Shown here one piece after another: positions 8,991 through 18,817 of a stretch of 64,000 nt of DNA. The DNA is from Thermoanaerobaculia bacterium (lineage in GTDB: Bacteria; Acidobacteriota; Thermoanaerobaculia; Multivoradales; JAGPDF01): NCBI GenBank assembly GCA_963821905.1, contig CAWGFP010000011.1, forward strand, positions 165,950-229,949, in the 5' to 3' direction. Positions within the stretch are counted from its first letter, which is position 1; each line of letters starts with the position of its first letter. The notes beneath the pieces were generated by a model that was not told where the DNA came from, searched no databases, and was given only the letters and a program-made list of their open reading frames with translations. The position numbers and the translations under genes are program-made.

Positions 8991-9946
8991 ACGACGCCGC
9001 TCCGCTCCGCCGCCTCGAACACGGCGGCGGCGATGGCGACATCCTGCACCGCCACGCCGGTCAAGTCGGCGACCGTGATTTCGGCGTCGTGGACGCGGCC
9101 CGGAGCCCGGCCCCCGACCACGTCGCCAAGCTCGATCAACCGTTCGCGGCTCACCGCGCCCTCGGCGAGCGCGTGGTGCGCTTCGCCGCGGATCGGACAC
9201 TGCTCGAGACTGTCGACCACCACGCGGTCGGCGCGGCGAAACGTCTCGGCGTCGAGCTCACGCTTGGCGGGGGTGTCGGCGCCCACCGCAGTGACGTGGG
9301 TACCGGCCCGCAGCGCCGCGCCTCGCACCAGGGGCTGGGTCGCCGGCGTGGCGGTGACCACGAGATCGCACTCGGCGCACAGCGCCTCGACGCTCGCCGC
9401 GGGCTCGACGGTGAAGCCGGCATCTGCCATCGCGTCGCGATAGGCCTCGGCACGCTCGCGCGAGCGCCCCCACACCAGCGCCTCCCGGCATGGCGTGACG
9501 GCGCGCAGGTGCTCGAGCTGCAGACGCGCCTGAGTGCCGGTGCCGACGATGCCGACACGCCGCACGACCGCCGGCGCGAGGTGGCGAGCCGCGATCGCCC
9601 CGGCCACCGCGGTGCGCACGTCGGTGAGCAGGGCGTGATCGAGCAGCAGCGCAGCTGGCCGGCCGGTGCGCTGCTCGAAGAGCAGCATGAGACCGTCTCC
9701 CGAAGGCAGCCCGAGGCGCGGATTGTCGTAGAAGCCGGAGGCGATCTTGACGACGTAGAAGCGCTCGTCGCGCAGGTAGCCGAACTTGATGTGCACTTCG
9801 CCGGGCGGATCGTCGAGCAGCAGCTCGCCCACCGGCGGCACGACGGCGCGGCCACGCGAGTAGGCGTCGAACGCCTCGGCGATGCGCGGCAACAGATCGA
9901 GACCGGGCAGCAGGCGCCGGATCACCGCGGCGTCGAGGATCTTCAC
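8987..9946 (-). CDS. ornithine cyclodeaminase / mu-crystallin family protein
   Basis: From codon 217 (GTG) of ORF 8987..10594: VKILDAAVIRRLLP...VGIVGTGTQARLQLEHL...VVTATPATQPLV...VTAVGADTPAKRELD. The GTGA sequence overlaps the addA stop. Confidence 0.85.
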   Translation of the reverse strand: MKILDAAVIRRLLPGLDLLPRIAEAFDAYSRGRAVVPPVGELLLDDPPGEVHIKFGYLRDERFYVVKIASGFYDNPRLGLPSGDGLMLLFEQRTGRPAALLLDHALLTDVRTAVAGAIAARHLAPAVVRRVGIVGTGTQARLQLEHLRAVTPCREALVWGRSRERAEAYRDAMADAGFTVEPAASVEALCAECDLVVTATPATQPLVRGAALRAGTHVTAVGADTPAKRELDAETFRRADRVVVDSLEQCPIRGEAHHALAEGAVSRERLIELGDVVGGRAPGRVHDAEITVADLTGVAVQDVAIAAAVFEAAERSGVV

Positions 9947-12900
9947 GCCGGTTCCTCGGCAAGCTCCGGGCGCCCGTAGCGGCGCGTCTCGCCGGTGATC
10001 AGGAAGGCCAGGTGGGCCTCGCTGACCGGCACGCCGGTGAGCCGCTCGAGCAGCGCCGCGTAACCGGCGAGCTGGGCGCGCAGCGCGGCGGCGCGCTCGG
10101 GCGCCGAACGCGCGCCCTCGCGGTCGTTCTTGTAGTCGACCAGCACCCAGCCCGCGCCTTCGCGGAAGGCGAGATCGAGCCGCAGATCGCGCGCCCGGCC
10201 CTCGACGGCGACCGCGAGCGGCGTTTCCACCAGCCGGTCGGTGGCGGCGCTCGCGCGCCGCCCGAGCGGGGAGGCGAGGAAACGCCGCGCCGATTCGCGC
10301 GCCGCGAGTCGTTCCGCCTCGTCGAGCTCGAGGAGATCCGGTGCGGGGCCGCCGGTCAGAGCGGCGGAGAGGAGTGCGTGCGCGGCGCGGCCGCGCCGCT
10401 CGGCGCGCGCGATGGCGCCGCGGGCGGCCGGCGGCAGCTCCGCGGCGGGCTGCGGGAAGGACAGGATGGGCGACGGCGGCTCGGTGGCTGGACCCTCCAG
10501 CACTCGCTCGACGAGCGGCGGTTCGATTTCCGGTGCCGCGCCCGGCGGCAAGTCGCGGGCCTGCCAGCGCCGGGCGAGCGGCGAGCCCTCCCAATCCGCG
10601 CCGCCCTGCGTGTAGAGCAGCTTGTAGAGGTCGACGACGTTGCTGCTGCCGGGCAGCCAGGGCAAAACCAACAGGTCGCGCGCCCGGGTGACCGCGACGT
10701 AAAGCAGCCGCTTGCGCTCGGCGCGCTCGCGGTCCTCCTCGGATTTCATTGCCGCGTCGAAACCCCTCGTCGAGCCTTTCGACACCTTGGCTTCGAGGCG
10801 ACCCGGCTCCTCGCCACCCCTCTGGCGAGCAATCTGCAGCCGATCCGTGAAGCCGCCGGTTGTTCCCCTGCCGACCAGGCCTCCGAAGAGCACGATGGGA
10901 AACTCGAGCCCCTTCGCCTTGTGCACCGTCAGCACCCGGACGGCGTCCTGCGAGCGCTCGATCGCGGGCGCGTCGCCCTCGTCGAACTCTCCCTCACCGC
11001 GCGCCGAGAGCCAGCGCACGAAGCCCTGTAGCGATGGCTGGCCCAATTCCTCGAAGCGCCGCGCCAGCTCGACCGCCTTGTCGAGATTGGCCAGCCGCTG
11101 CTCGCCGCGCCACTGCAAGCGATAGAAACTCTGCAAACCGAGCCGGTCGATCGCCGCTTGAACAAGCTCCGGCAGCGGCCAGCCACGGACCTCGGCGCGT
11201 AGGGCACGCAATCGCTCGAGCGCCGCGGCGGTGCGCGCCGCCGCGGCAGGGTCCGGCGAAGACCCAGGATCACCCGGGCGCGCCGCGAGATCGAAGCGCG
11301 GCCGCGGCACCGCCAGAGCGTAAGCAGTGAGGTCGTGATCGGAGCAGCCGAATCCCGGGCCGCGCAACGCGGCCACCACCGCGACGCTGTCGCCGGGATC
11401 GGCGAGCGCGCGCAGGACCTGGCCGAGTGCGTGGGTTTCGTCGCGACGGTAGTAGGCGCGACCTGCCTCGGTGCGGTACGGGACCTCGTGGCGGCGAAGT
11501 GCCGCTTCATAGGGCTCGAGAATGGTCAGACGCGGCAGCAAGAGCGCCAGATCTCCCCACTGCGCGGGTCGCAGACGGCCGTCGCTGCCGCGCACTTCGC
11601 CGCGTTCACCGACGACCAACGCCCTCGCCATGCGGGCCAGGGCGTCGGCCTCCGCCTCGCGTGTCTGTTCGACCCTCCAGCCGCTCTCGACTGCGATCTG
11701 GAGCTGCACCACTCCCGACAGCGACTCCTCCGGCGGCTGATAGCCCGGCGCAGCAACCAGCGGCGAGTAGTCGACCTCGTACGGAGGCCCGATCGGTGAG
11801 CGCTCCATGATGCGCCCCATCTCGGCGTTCACCCAGGCGGCAAGGGCCGGTGCGGCGCGGAAGCTCTGGGTCAGGCGGACCAGGGATTCCGGCGGAACAT
11901 CCTCGACGAACCGGCGATAGTTCTCCAGGTCGGCGGCGCGAAAGCGGTAGATCGACTGTTTCGGGTCGCCGACCACGAAGAGGCTGCGCGGCCCTCGCCC
12001 GCCATCGCCCGCACCGCCCGCGAGCAGGCGCGCGAGTTCGATCTGCTGTCGGTCGGTGTCCTGGAACTCGTCGATCAGGATCACCGGAAACTGGCCCGCC
12101 AGCGCCGCGCGCACCTCGGGATGGTCGCGCAGCAGATCGACGGCCTCGGCGATCTGGCGGTCGAAGTCGATCAGCGAGCGTTCAGCGGCAAGCCGGTCGT
12201 AGCGCTGCCGAACGCCGGCCAGCCACTGCGCCCCGCTGCGCCAGAGCCACTCGAAGATTTCGAGCTGCGCGTCGGCGAGACCCTCCTTGGCCAGAGTCGC
12301 GCAGCTCCTTGCGCTTTCGTCTCCTGCGCCGTGCCATGGTGCATGGCGGGCGGCTTGTCGCGCGCCATTTCGCCCGCCGCTTCGCGTTCTCCCAGGGACA
12401 GCAGCTGATCGCACCAGACGATGCCGTCGCCGAGCTGGCGAAAGAGCGCTCCGCCGCGGACGCTGAGGCGAGGGCCTCGACGCAGAAGGGCCGCGCGCCG
12501 CCTCGATACGCGGCTTCACCTGCGGCCGTTCGCCGGCGGCGACGGCAGCTCGTGACTCTTGAATGCACGAGCAGCCCGCCGCCCGGCGCAGATCCGGCGG
12601 ACGTTCGAGACCGAGGTCGAGCGCCGCCTCGAAGCCGGGCTGGCCCGGTTCGAGGGCGTACAGGTGCTCCTCCCAGGCCTCGTCGATCAGCATCTCCTTG
12701 GCCATCTCGTCCGCGATGCCGAAATCGGGATCTGAGTCCCGCCTCGACCGGCCGACGGCGCAGGAGATCGACACAGAACGAGTGGATGGTCCCCACCGAG
12801 GCGATTTCGAGGTCGGAGAGCGCCTCGTGCCAGCGCTCGCGCTCACCCGGTGCGGCCTTTTCCAGGCGACTCAGAATCGCGCCACGCAACCGCTCGCGCA

Positions 12901-13096
12901 GCTCGGCGGCAGCGAGCTCGGTGAAGGTGACGATGGCGATCTCGCGCAGCCGCCGCGTGCCGGTCTCGACGTAGGCGAGCGCCCGGTCGACCAACACGGT
13001 GGTTTTCCCGGTGCCGGCCGAGGCCTCGACGACCATCGGACCGTCGAGCTCCAGGCGGACGCGATCGCGCGCTTGCTGGTCGGCGAGCTCGCTCAC
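9943..13096 (-). pseudogene. addA: UvrD/AddA-type helicase-nuclease (ATP-dependent helicase + C-terminal PD-(D/E)XK nuclease); frameshifts clustered about 12300-12800
   Basis: The N-terminus lies in the ORF 12182..13321 frame from GTG 13096 (VVEASAGTGKTTVLVDR, VGTIHSFC). The rest lies in ORF 9943..12846 (ILIDEFQDTDRQQ, VVGDPKQSIYRFRAA, VLTVHKAKGLEFPIV, LLYVAVTRARDLLVL, nuclease WVLVDYKNDR). The length of 3154 nt is not a multiple of 3. Confidence 0.8.
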
Positions 13097-16000
13097 GATG
13101 CAGGCTCCCGCCAAGCGGCCGCGCTGCCGACTCGCTCGTCGGCCGCCTTCGCGGCCAGACGGCTCTGGCGGCCGGGACCGCAGATGTCGGTGAACTCGCA
13201 CAGGGTGCACAGATGGTCGCGCTCGACCTGGAAGAACTCGCCCTTGGTGATACCGCTGCGGATGCCTGCCAGCACCCGCTCGAGCTCGGGAGCCGCGTCG
13301 GCGAGCGCCTCGGGGGTCCACTCGACGCGCCGATAGCCGCTCCCCGCTTGCACGCCGAGATAGAGCGCCGACACCGGGCCGCTCGCCTCCGGCAGCCGGC
13401 CGCTCGCCCGCAGCTCCTCGACCACCCGGGCGTAGAGCGGCGCCTGAAGGCGCCCTTGGAGGGCCGGCGGATCCGGCGTGTGCTCGGTCTTGAGCTTGCC
13501 GGTCTTGTAGTCGACCACTCGCACGCCGCCACCAGTCCGCACGTCGAGTCGGTCGATGGCGCCGCGCGTGGTCAAGCGCTCGGCTCCGACCTCCACCACG
13601 ACCGGATCATCGGCGCCGCCGAACGGCAGCTCGAAGCGCGCCGGTCGCCAACCGGAGGTCGAATCCGCGGCGTCTCGCTCGAGCAGCACGTCGAAGTCGG
13701 CCGCGGCGCGCTCGCGCCACAGCGCCCACAACGCGGGCGGCATCTCGTGCGCGATCCACGGCGGATCGCGGCGAAGCTCCTCGAAGAGCTCGCCGAGACG
13801 CTGCCGGGCTGCCTCGAGTCGGGACGCGTCGAGCGGCAGCAGTGCCTCACGCTCGAGACGCCGGTACAACTCGGCGAGAAGCTCGTGGTAGAGCGCCCCG
13901 GACTCGAGCGCGTCGAGCTCGAGACGGGTCTCCGACGGCGGCTCGGTTTCGAGGCGCAACACGTACCGGTTCCAGAACTGAAAGGAACAGCGGACATAGG
14001 TCTCGAGAGCGGACGCCGACAGATTGAGGCCCGCTTCCGGCGCCGACCGCGCGGCTAGCCAGGCCTCGGCCAGCGTGGGATCGACCAGGCCGTCCCAGAC
14101 CGTGAGACGTTGGCGGTCGCGCCAGCCGGAGCGCGCCAGCTCCGCGCGCAAGCTCGCTTCGAGGCCGGGATGGGCACGGCGCAGCCAGGTGAGATCGCCC
14201 GCGCCGGTTCTCGCGACCTTCGCGATCGCCTGCAGATCGCGCTCCGCCGGATGGAGGACCAGGCGATCGACCAGCGCCGACGAATCGAGCGCCACCTCGG
14301 TCAAGCCGAGCCGCTCGCCATCCGAGGCGTCGGCGCCCGTCCACAGCGCCGCGAATCCCGTCTCACGCCCGGCCAGGGCGCGCCCAACGGCGAGGAGATA
14401 GGTCGACGGCACGAGCCGCCGGCCGCCGGCATCGCGGCGTGGCCAGGACAGCAGGAGGGAGCGGCGGGCGCTGCCGATCCCGAGGCGGAAAAGGAACCGC
14501 TCCTCGGCCGCCGCCGACGCGAGCTTGAGCGGCAGCGTCGCATCGCCAGGGAGACGCCGGTTGATCGCCGACCGCTCGTCGTCGAGGAGGACCGGGTCCT
14601 CGCGCGCTCGTCGCGGAACCACGCGCTCGACCAATCGAGGCAGCGCGACGTGATCGAAGGTCACGCCGCGCGCGATCAACAGATCGGCCACGGTGGGGGA
14701 CTCGCCCAGCCGACCGCGGCCTCCGGCCGGCGAATCGAGCAGGGCATCGAGCGCGGTCTCGATCGCCGGCCAGCGGGCCGGCAGAATGCCCTCGAGCCGC
14801 TCGAGATCGACCAGCGCCTCGGCCAACGCTTCGGCCTCCTCGCCGGGTTCGAGCCAGCGCCGCATCACCTCGCGCCAGCGCCCGGCGATGCCACGCCAGC
14901 CGCCGCCGGTTTCGCCGAGCGACCTGGCGTCGGCCAGCAGCCGCTCGACGAACGTGGCGATCGAGGGCAGCTCGCGGCGCAGCCTCGAATCCGTCTCCTC
15001 GACCGCCAGCGCCACGAATGGCACGTCGGAGGGGTCGAGGCTCAGCGGTATCTGTCCACCCTTGTGGCGGGCGACCAACCGATCCCAAGCGTCGAGGCGC
15101 CCGAGCAATCCCTGCCGGCGGAGGACCTGAGTCCAGCGGCCGGGCCGGGCGCCGGCTGGGAAGATGTCGCGCGCCAGGGCGCCCGTGCCGAGCAGCTCTT
15201 CGACGCGGCCGCGCTCGAGGCTCGGCCCGCCGTCCTCGCCGCGCAGATCGGTGGCGATGCGCAACAGCACGGCAGCGACTGCTCCGGCCGGCCGCCGGCG
15301 CCACGGCTCTCCGCCGGGTAGATGCAGGCGCAGGCCAGTGCGTTTCTCGACGCCGGCCGCGTCACGGGCCGCCTCGTCGGAGCGGCGCACCAGGATACCG
15401 GTCGTGCCGGCGGCGCCGCTCGACCGCGAGGCGAGATCCTCGCGCAAGACCTCGGTCAGCTCGCGCGCCGGCTCGGGAACCGAAAGCAGGCGCAGGCTGT
15501 CGTCCGGAGGCGGCGCCGGCGCCGGCTCTGACGCGAAGAGGAAACGCCGCAGGTGAGCCAGCCGATCGCCGCCCTCGATGGCCGGCGCTCCTGACGAGCG
15601 AAACCCACGCGCTTCGAACCAGACGCGCAGAGGCTCGGCGAATTCGAGCGCCGGACCTTCCCGCCAGGGGAGGAACACGTCGGCCGTGCGCTCGCCGAGG
15701 AGAGATTCGAGAAACTCCCGCTGTCGCCCGACCAGGTCATAGACCCCGTAGACCACGAGATGCGTCGCGACGGTGTCGCCGCCACGCGCCGCAGCGGCCG
15801 CCAACTCGGTGAGCGCGGCGGCGTCGACGAGACGGCGTTTGTCGAGCCCTCGCAAGTACGCCGAATAGAGCCGCGCCGCTTCGCGCGGGCGAGAGGCGTC
15901 GCCGAGCTCGGATTCCACAGCCGCCTCGAGCGCGTCCGGAGCGATACCGGCGTCGCGCAGGTCGCGCACCGTGCCGGCGAGGGCCCGCACCATGCCCGGC

Positions 16001-16341
16001 GAGGCGAAGATCCTGCGGCGTTCGCCGCGCAGCAGATGCTCGAGCACGGCCGCAAAGAGATGCGAGGGGATCAGACGCCGGCCGTCGCGCTCGAGGAGCG
16101 GCCGGGCGAGCTCGGCGATCAGGTCCTCTAGGGCCTTCGGCTCGAGCCCGTAGGTCGGTGTCCCGAGCTCCGCGGCCCGGCGCCGCAGGTGCGACGCCAG
16201 CAGCCGGTTCGGCACCACGACCAGGAGCCCGCGCGCATCGCCGCCCGGGGCCAGCTCCCGCAGGCGAGCGGCAAAAGCGTGCTCCAGATCGGGATGGAAA
16301 TCACCGAGCCACAGCTTGCGCTCGGAAGAAAACGTCGTCAC
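13093..16341 (-). CDS. addB: AddB-like PD-(D/E)XK nuclease subunit with C-terminal Cys cluster (Fe-S type)
   Basis: Intact 1082-aa track ORF. The C-terminus carries YVRCSFQFW ... RVVDYKTGK ... CTLCEFTDIC, the AddB-type nuclease plus 4-Cys arrangement. Its stop overlaps the addA GTG (GTGA). Confidence 0.8.
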   Translation of the reverse strand: MTTFSSERKLWLGDFHPDLEHAFAARLRELAPGGDARGLLVVVPNRLLASHLRRRAAELGTPTYGLEPKALEDLIAELARPLLERDGRRLIPSHLFAAVLEHLLRGERRRIFASPGMVRALAGTVRDLRDAGIAPDALEAAVESELGDASRPREAARLYSAYLRGLDKRRLVDAAALTELAAAAARGGDTVATHLVVYGVYDLVGRQREFLESLLGERTADVFLPWREGPALEFAEPLRVWFEARGFRSSGAPAIEGGDRLAHLRRFLFASEPAPAPPPDDSLRLLSVPEPARELTEVLREDLASRSSGAAGTTGILVRRSDEAARDAAGVEKRTGLRLHLPGGEPWRRRPAGAVAAVLLRIATDLRGEDGGPSLERGRVEELLGTGALARDIFPAGARPGRWTQVLRRQGLLGRLDAWDRLVARHKGGQIPLSLDPSDVPFVALAVEETDSRLRRELPSIATFVERLLADARSLGETGGGWRGIAGRWREVMRRWLEPGEEAEALAEALVDLERLEGILPARWPAIETALDALLDSPAGGRGRLGESPTVADLLIARGVTFDHVALPRLVERVVPRRAREDPVLLDDERSAINRRLPGDATLPLKLASAAAEERFLFRLGIGSARRSLLLSWPRRDAGGRRLVPSTYLLAVGRALAGRETGFAALWTGADASDGERLGLTEVALDSSALVDRLVLHPAERDLQAIAKVARTGAGDLTWLRRAHPGLEASLRAELARSGWRDRQRLTVWDGLVDPTLAEAWLAARSAPEAGLNLSASALETYVRCSFQFWNRYVLRLETEPPSETRLELDALESGALYHELLAELYRRLEREALLPLDASRLEAARQRLGELFEELRRDPPWIAHEMPPALWALWRERAAADFDVLLERDAADSTSGWRPARFELPFGGADDPVVVEVGAERLTTRGAIDRLDVRTGGGVRVVDYKTGKLKTEHTPDPPALQGRLQAPLYARVVEELRASGRLPEASGPVSALYLGVQAGSGYRRVEWTPEALADAAPELERVLAGIRSGITKGEFFQVERDHLCTLCEFTDICGPGRQSRLAAKAADERVGSAAAWREPAS

Positions 16342-16357
16342 TCGGCAAGCATACCCG

Positions 16358-16398
16358 CGTGGAAAACGAAAACGCCCCGGTCCGTCGAGACCGGGGCG
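16358..16398 (-). terminator. rho-independent terminator after the reprolysin-like gene
   Basis: The minus strand reads cgccccggtc-tcgacg-gaccggggcg, a 10-bp perfect stem at 16373-16398, followed by ttttcgttttcc. Confidence 0.6.
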
Positions 16399-16417
16399 TC
16401 GAAGACAGCGAGGTCGC

Positions 16418-17776
16418 TTACTGCGCGAGGCAGGAGGCGCCGTTGTACCGGCTGCGAATCAGGTTGCCGGGCTGCGGACCGAAGCCGTTCTGGAAGTTGA
16501 TGCCCACCGACTGCAGGTGGCAGTAGCTCATCACCGTGCCGCCGCCCGCCGGGTAGCCGAGGCGCGCGCAAGTGCCCTCGGGGTTGTAGCAGCCGTCGAT
16601 CTGGGTGTTGTTGCCGTTCCACACGCAGGCGTGGGTGTGGCGCGAGCCCATCAGGTGGCCCATCTCGTGGGTGAACACCATCACCGACCAGGAGTAGACC
16701 GGGACGTTGTTGTAGGTGTCGTCGAGCATGCTGAAGCACTGCGAGTCACGGCGATTGGCGGCGCAGAAACCGTTGAAGCCGGCCGCGATGCCGCCGCCGC
16801 CGCGCAGGGCGACGAGGTGGCCGAGGTCACCGTTGAAGGTCTTGCGGGTCTTCTGGAAGCCGGCCAGCAGCTGCGACGAGCTGTTGCCCTTGTAGGGGCT
16901 GCGCGAGGTCCACACGAAATACTGCGAGGCGACGATCGGAATCGACTCGTTGTTGTAGAGGGTGGCCGACTGCGCGAAGACGCCGCTGACGTAGCTCGTC
17001 ACCGCCGCGCTGGAGCCGAAGCGCTGATACATGTCGTAGTCGGTTTCGACGTAGATCCGTACCGGCCGCTGGGCCGCGGCGTAGAAGTTGCGCAGACCTT
17101 CGGAGTGAGAAGCGTCGAAGTACGACAGCATCTCCTCGCCGGTCGCCGCCGAGAACTCGGTCGCCTCGGTCTCGCATTTCCAGTGGTTCTTGGGCACCAT
17201 CTCGCCTTCGGCGTAGACGATGTGCCGGTTGCGCGGATTCTCACCGCCGAGGCGGCCGAGCACCAGGTGATCGCCCTTGGTCTGCACGAAGCCGGAGATC
17301 TCGCGGTCGAACACGCTGATCGAGGCCAGCGAGCCCGCTTCGCCGCGCACGACACCGCGGTAGTGCACGCCGAGCGCGCCCTTCGGAACCTCGGTGCCGT
17401 CGCTGGTGACGACTTTGAAGCCGGCGCCGAACGGATCGACGCGCACCAGCTCCAGCGTCAGGTTGCCGGACTTCGCCGGCAACTCGAACGCCATGGTCTG
17501 CGGACGGTCGCGGCGGATGCCGGTGAGGGCGTCGACGTCGAGCGAGAGGACGCGGCCATCGGCCACCACTTCGCGCAGCGCGGTGCCGGTCCGGCTGGCG
17601 TCGGTGGCGATGCGCAGGCTCGACGCGAACGGCGCCACCATATCGAAGGGCGCGCCCTGCATTTTCTGATCGTCGACCAGGCTGGCAACCGGGCCGGCGA
17701 TGGCAGCGAAGTCGCCGCCCAGCATGAGGGCCGCGGCGGCAAAAATCAGCCGTACGCGGCGAAGTGTCGTGGACAT
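16418..17776 (-). CDS. secreted reprolysin/ADAM-like (M12B-type) zinc metalloprotease
   Basis: From codon 38 of ORF 16418..17887: MSTTLRRVRLIFAAAALMLGG (signal peptide), with a GGAG RBS upstream. The metzincin motif is FTHEMGHLMGSRHTH, followed by a Cys-rich C-terminal part. Confidence 0.85.
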   Translation of the reverse strand: MSTTLRRVRLIFAAAALMLGGDFAAIAGPVASLVDDQKMQGAPFDMVAPFASSLRIATDASRTGTALREVVADGRVLSLDVDALTGIRRDRPQTMAFELPAKSGNLTLELVRVDPFGAGFKVVTSDGTEVPKGALGVHYRGVVRGEAGSLASISVFDREISGFVQTKGDHLVLGRLGGENPRNRHIVYAEGEMVPKNHWKCETEATEFSAATGEEMLSYFDASHSEGLRNFYAAAQRPVRIYVETDYDMYQRFGSSAAVTSYVSGVFAQSATLYNNESIPIVASQYFVWTSRSPYKGNSSSQLLAGFQKTRKTFNGDLGHLVALRGGGGIAAGFNGFCAANRRDSQCFSMLDDTYNNVPVYSWSVMVFTHEMGHLMGSRHTHACVWNGNNTQIDGCYNPEGTCARLGYPAGGGTVMSYCHLQSVGINFQNGFGPQPGNLIRSRYNGASCLAQ

Positions 17777-18059
17777 GGTTCGTATCTCCTTCGATGGTCT
17801 AGGGGTTGGACTGTCCAGGTTAAAAAGCAACGCTCGTACCATGCGCCCATAGCCATGCTCGCCTGTCCACCTCGCGACAAGGCTCATCGTTTCAATAACT
17901 TGCGGTTCTATCTATGCGCCGATGGGGGTCAACTATGAACCAAGGGGGTCGAGGCCGGATCAGGCTTGCAGGATCCAAATCAGACCCATCCGGCGACCGG
18001 GAAGGGTCCCGGTCCGCCGGCAGTGAGCCGACGGACCGGATGACTGCCTTTGATCGGGT

Positions 18060-18806
18060 TTAGCGACAGGTACGCTGGCCAGGCTTCCCTGCGCACTTGT
18101 TCGAGCAGCATTGGCCATTCGACGAGCAGGCCGCGCCGGACGGCAACAGGTTGCAACCACCACCGCCCCCGCCGCCGTATAGCGCCTGGATGGCCGCCTC
18201 GTCGTCACTCTCCGTGGTGGCCGGTCCGTTGTTGCACGACGAGACAGACGGATACATGGTGGCACCGCTGACGTTGGTGTGGCCGAGGCCGAGGCCGTGC
18301 CCGACCTCGTGAACCATCACACCCTCGATGTAGTACTCGCCGGAGCAACCGTCGCTCTCCTGCAGCGACACCCACGGATGCGACGTGTTGGTGACGATGT
18401 CGGCGTCGTCAATGCGGTAGCTGCCGTCGGAGCGCTGGCTGTAATAGCCGGTGAAGGTCGCCGCCAGGCAAGTGCTTCTGCAGGCGCGCTGGGGGTCGGT
18501 GAAGTTCAGCATCGGCGTCCCGTCGCCGAGCTGCCAGCTCGCCACGGAGCCTTTCTGAGCGTTGACGACGTTGCCCTCACCCGCCCCATTCCAGGCACTG
18601 TTCGAGGTGATCGCGTTCACCACCGCGGTCGCCCCGCCGTCGCCATCCGTAACTCCGGTCAACCCTCGGTTGTCGACGATATAGGTAGGAGCGCTGTCCC
18701 ACGTCCGCGCCGGACTCAGAAGCACGTAGCCGGAGAGGCTGCCGGCCACCAACAGCAGGAAACCGCAAGCGAGGACGAACTGCAGCGAGATTCTCTTGGT
18801 CGTCAT
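18060..18806 (-). CDS. secreted matrixin-like (M10-type) zinc metalloprotease with Gly6 linker and 6-Cys knottin-like C-terminal tail
   Basis: Track ORF 18060..18821; I prefer the ATG at 18806 (MTTKRISLQFVLACGFLLLVAG). Motifs are HEVGHGLGLGHT, the Met-turn ATMYP and SDDEAAIQALYGGGGGGG. The tail is CNLLPSGAACSSNGQCCSNKCAGKPGQRTCR. Confidence 0.85.
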   Translation of the reverse strand: MTTKRISLQFVLACGFLLLVAGSLSGYVLLSPARTWDSAPTYIVDNRGLTGVTDGDGGATAVVNAITSNSAWNGAGEGNVVNAQKGSVASWQLGDGTPMLNFTDPQRACRSTCLAATFTGYYSQRSDGSYRIDDADIVTNTSHPWVSLQESDGCSGEYYIEGVMVHEVGHGLGLGHTNVSGATMYPSVSSCNNGPATTESDDEAAIQALYGGGGGGGCNLLPSGAACSSNGQCCSNKCAGKPGQRTCR

Positions 18807-18817
18807 GGTCGTCTCCC

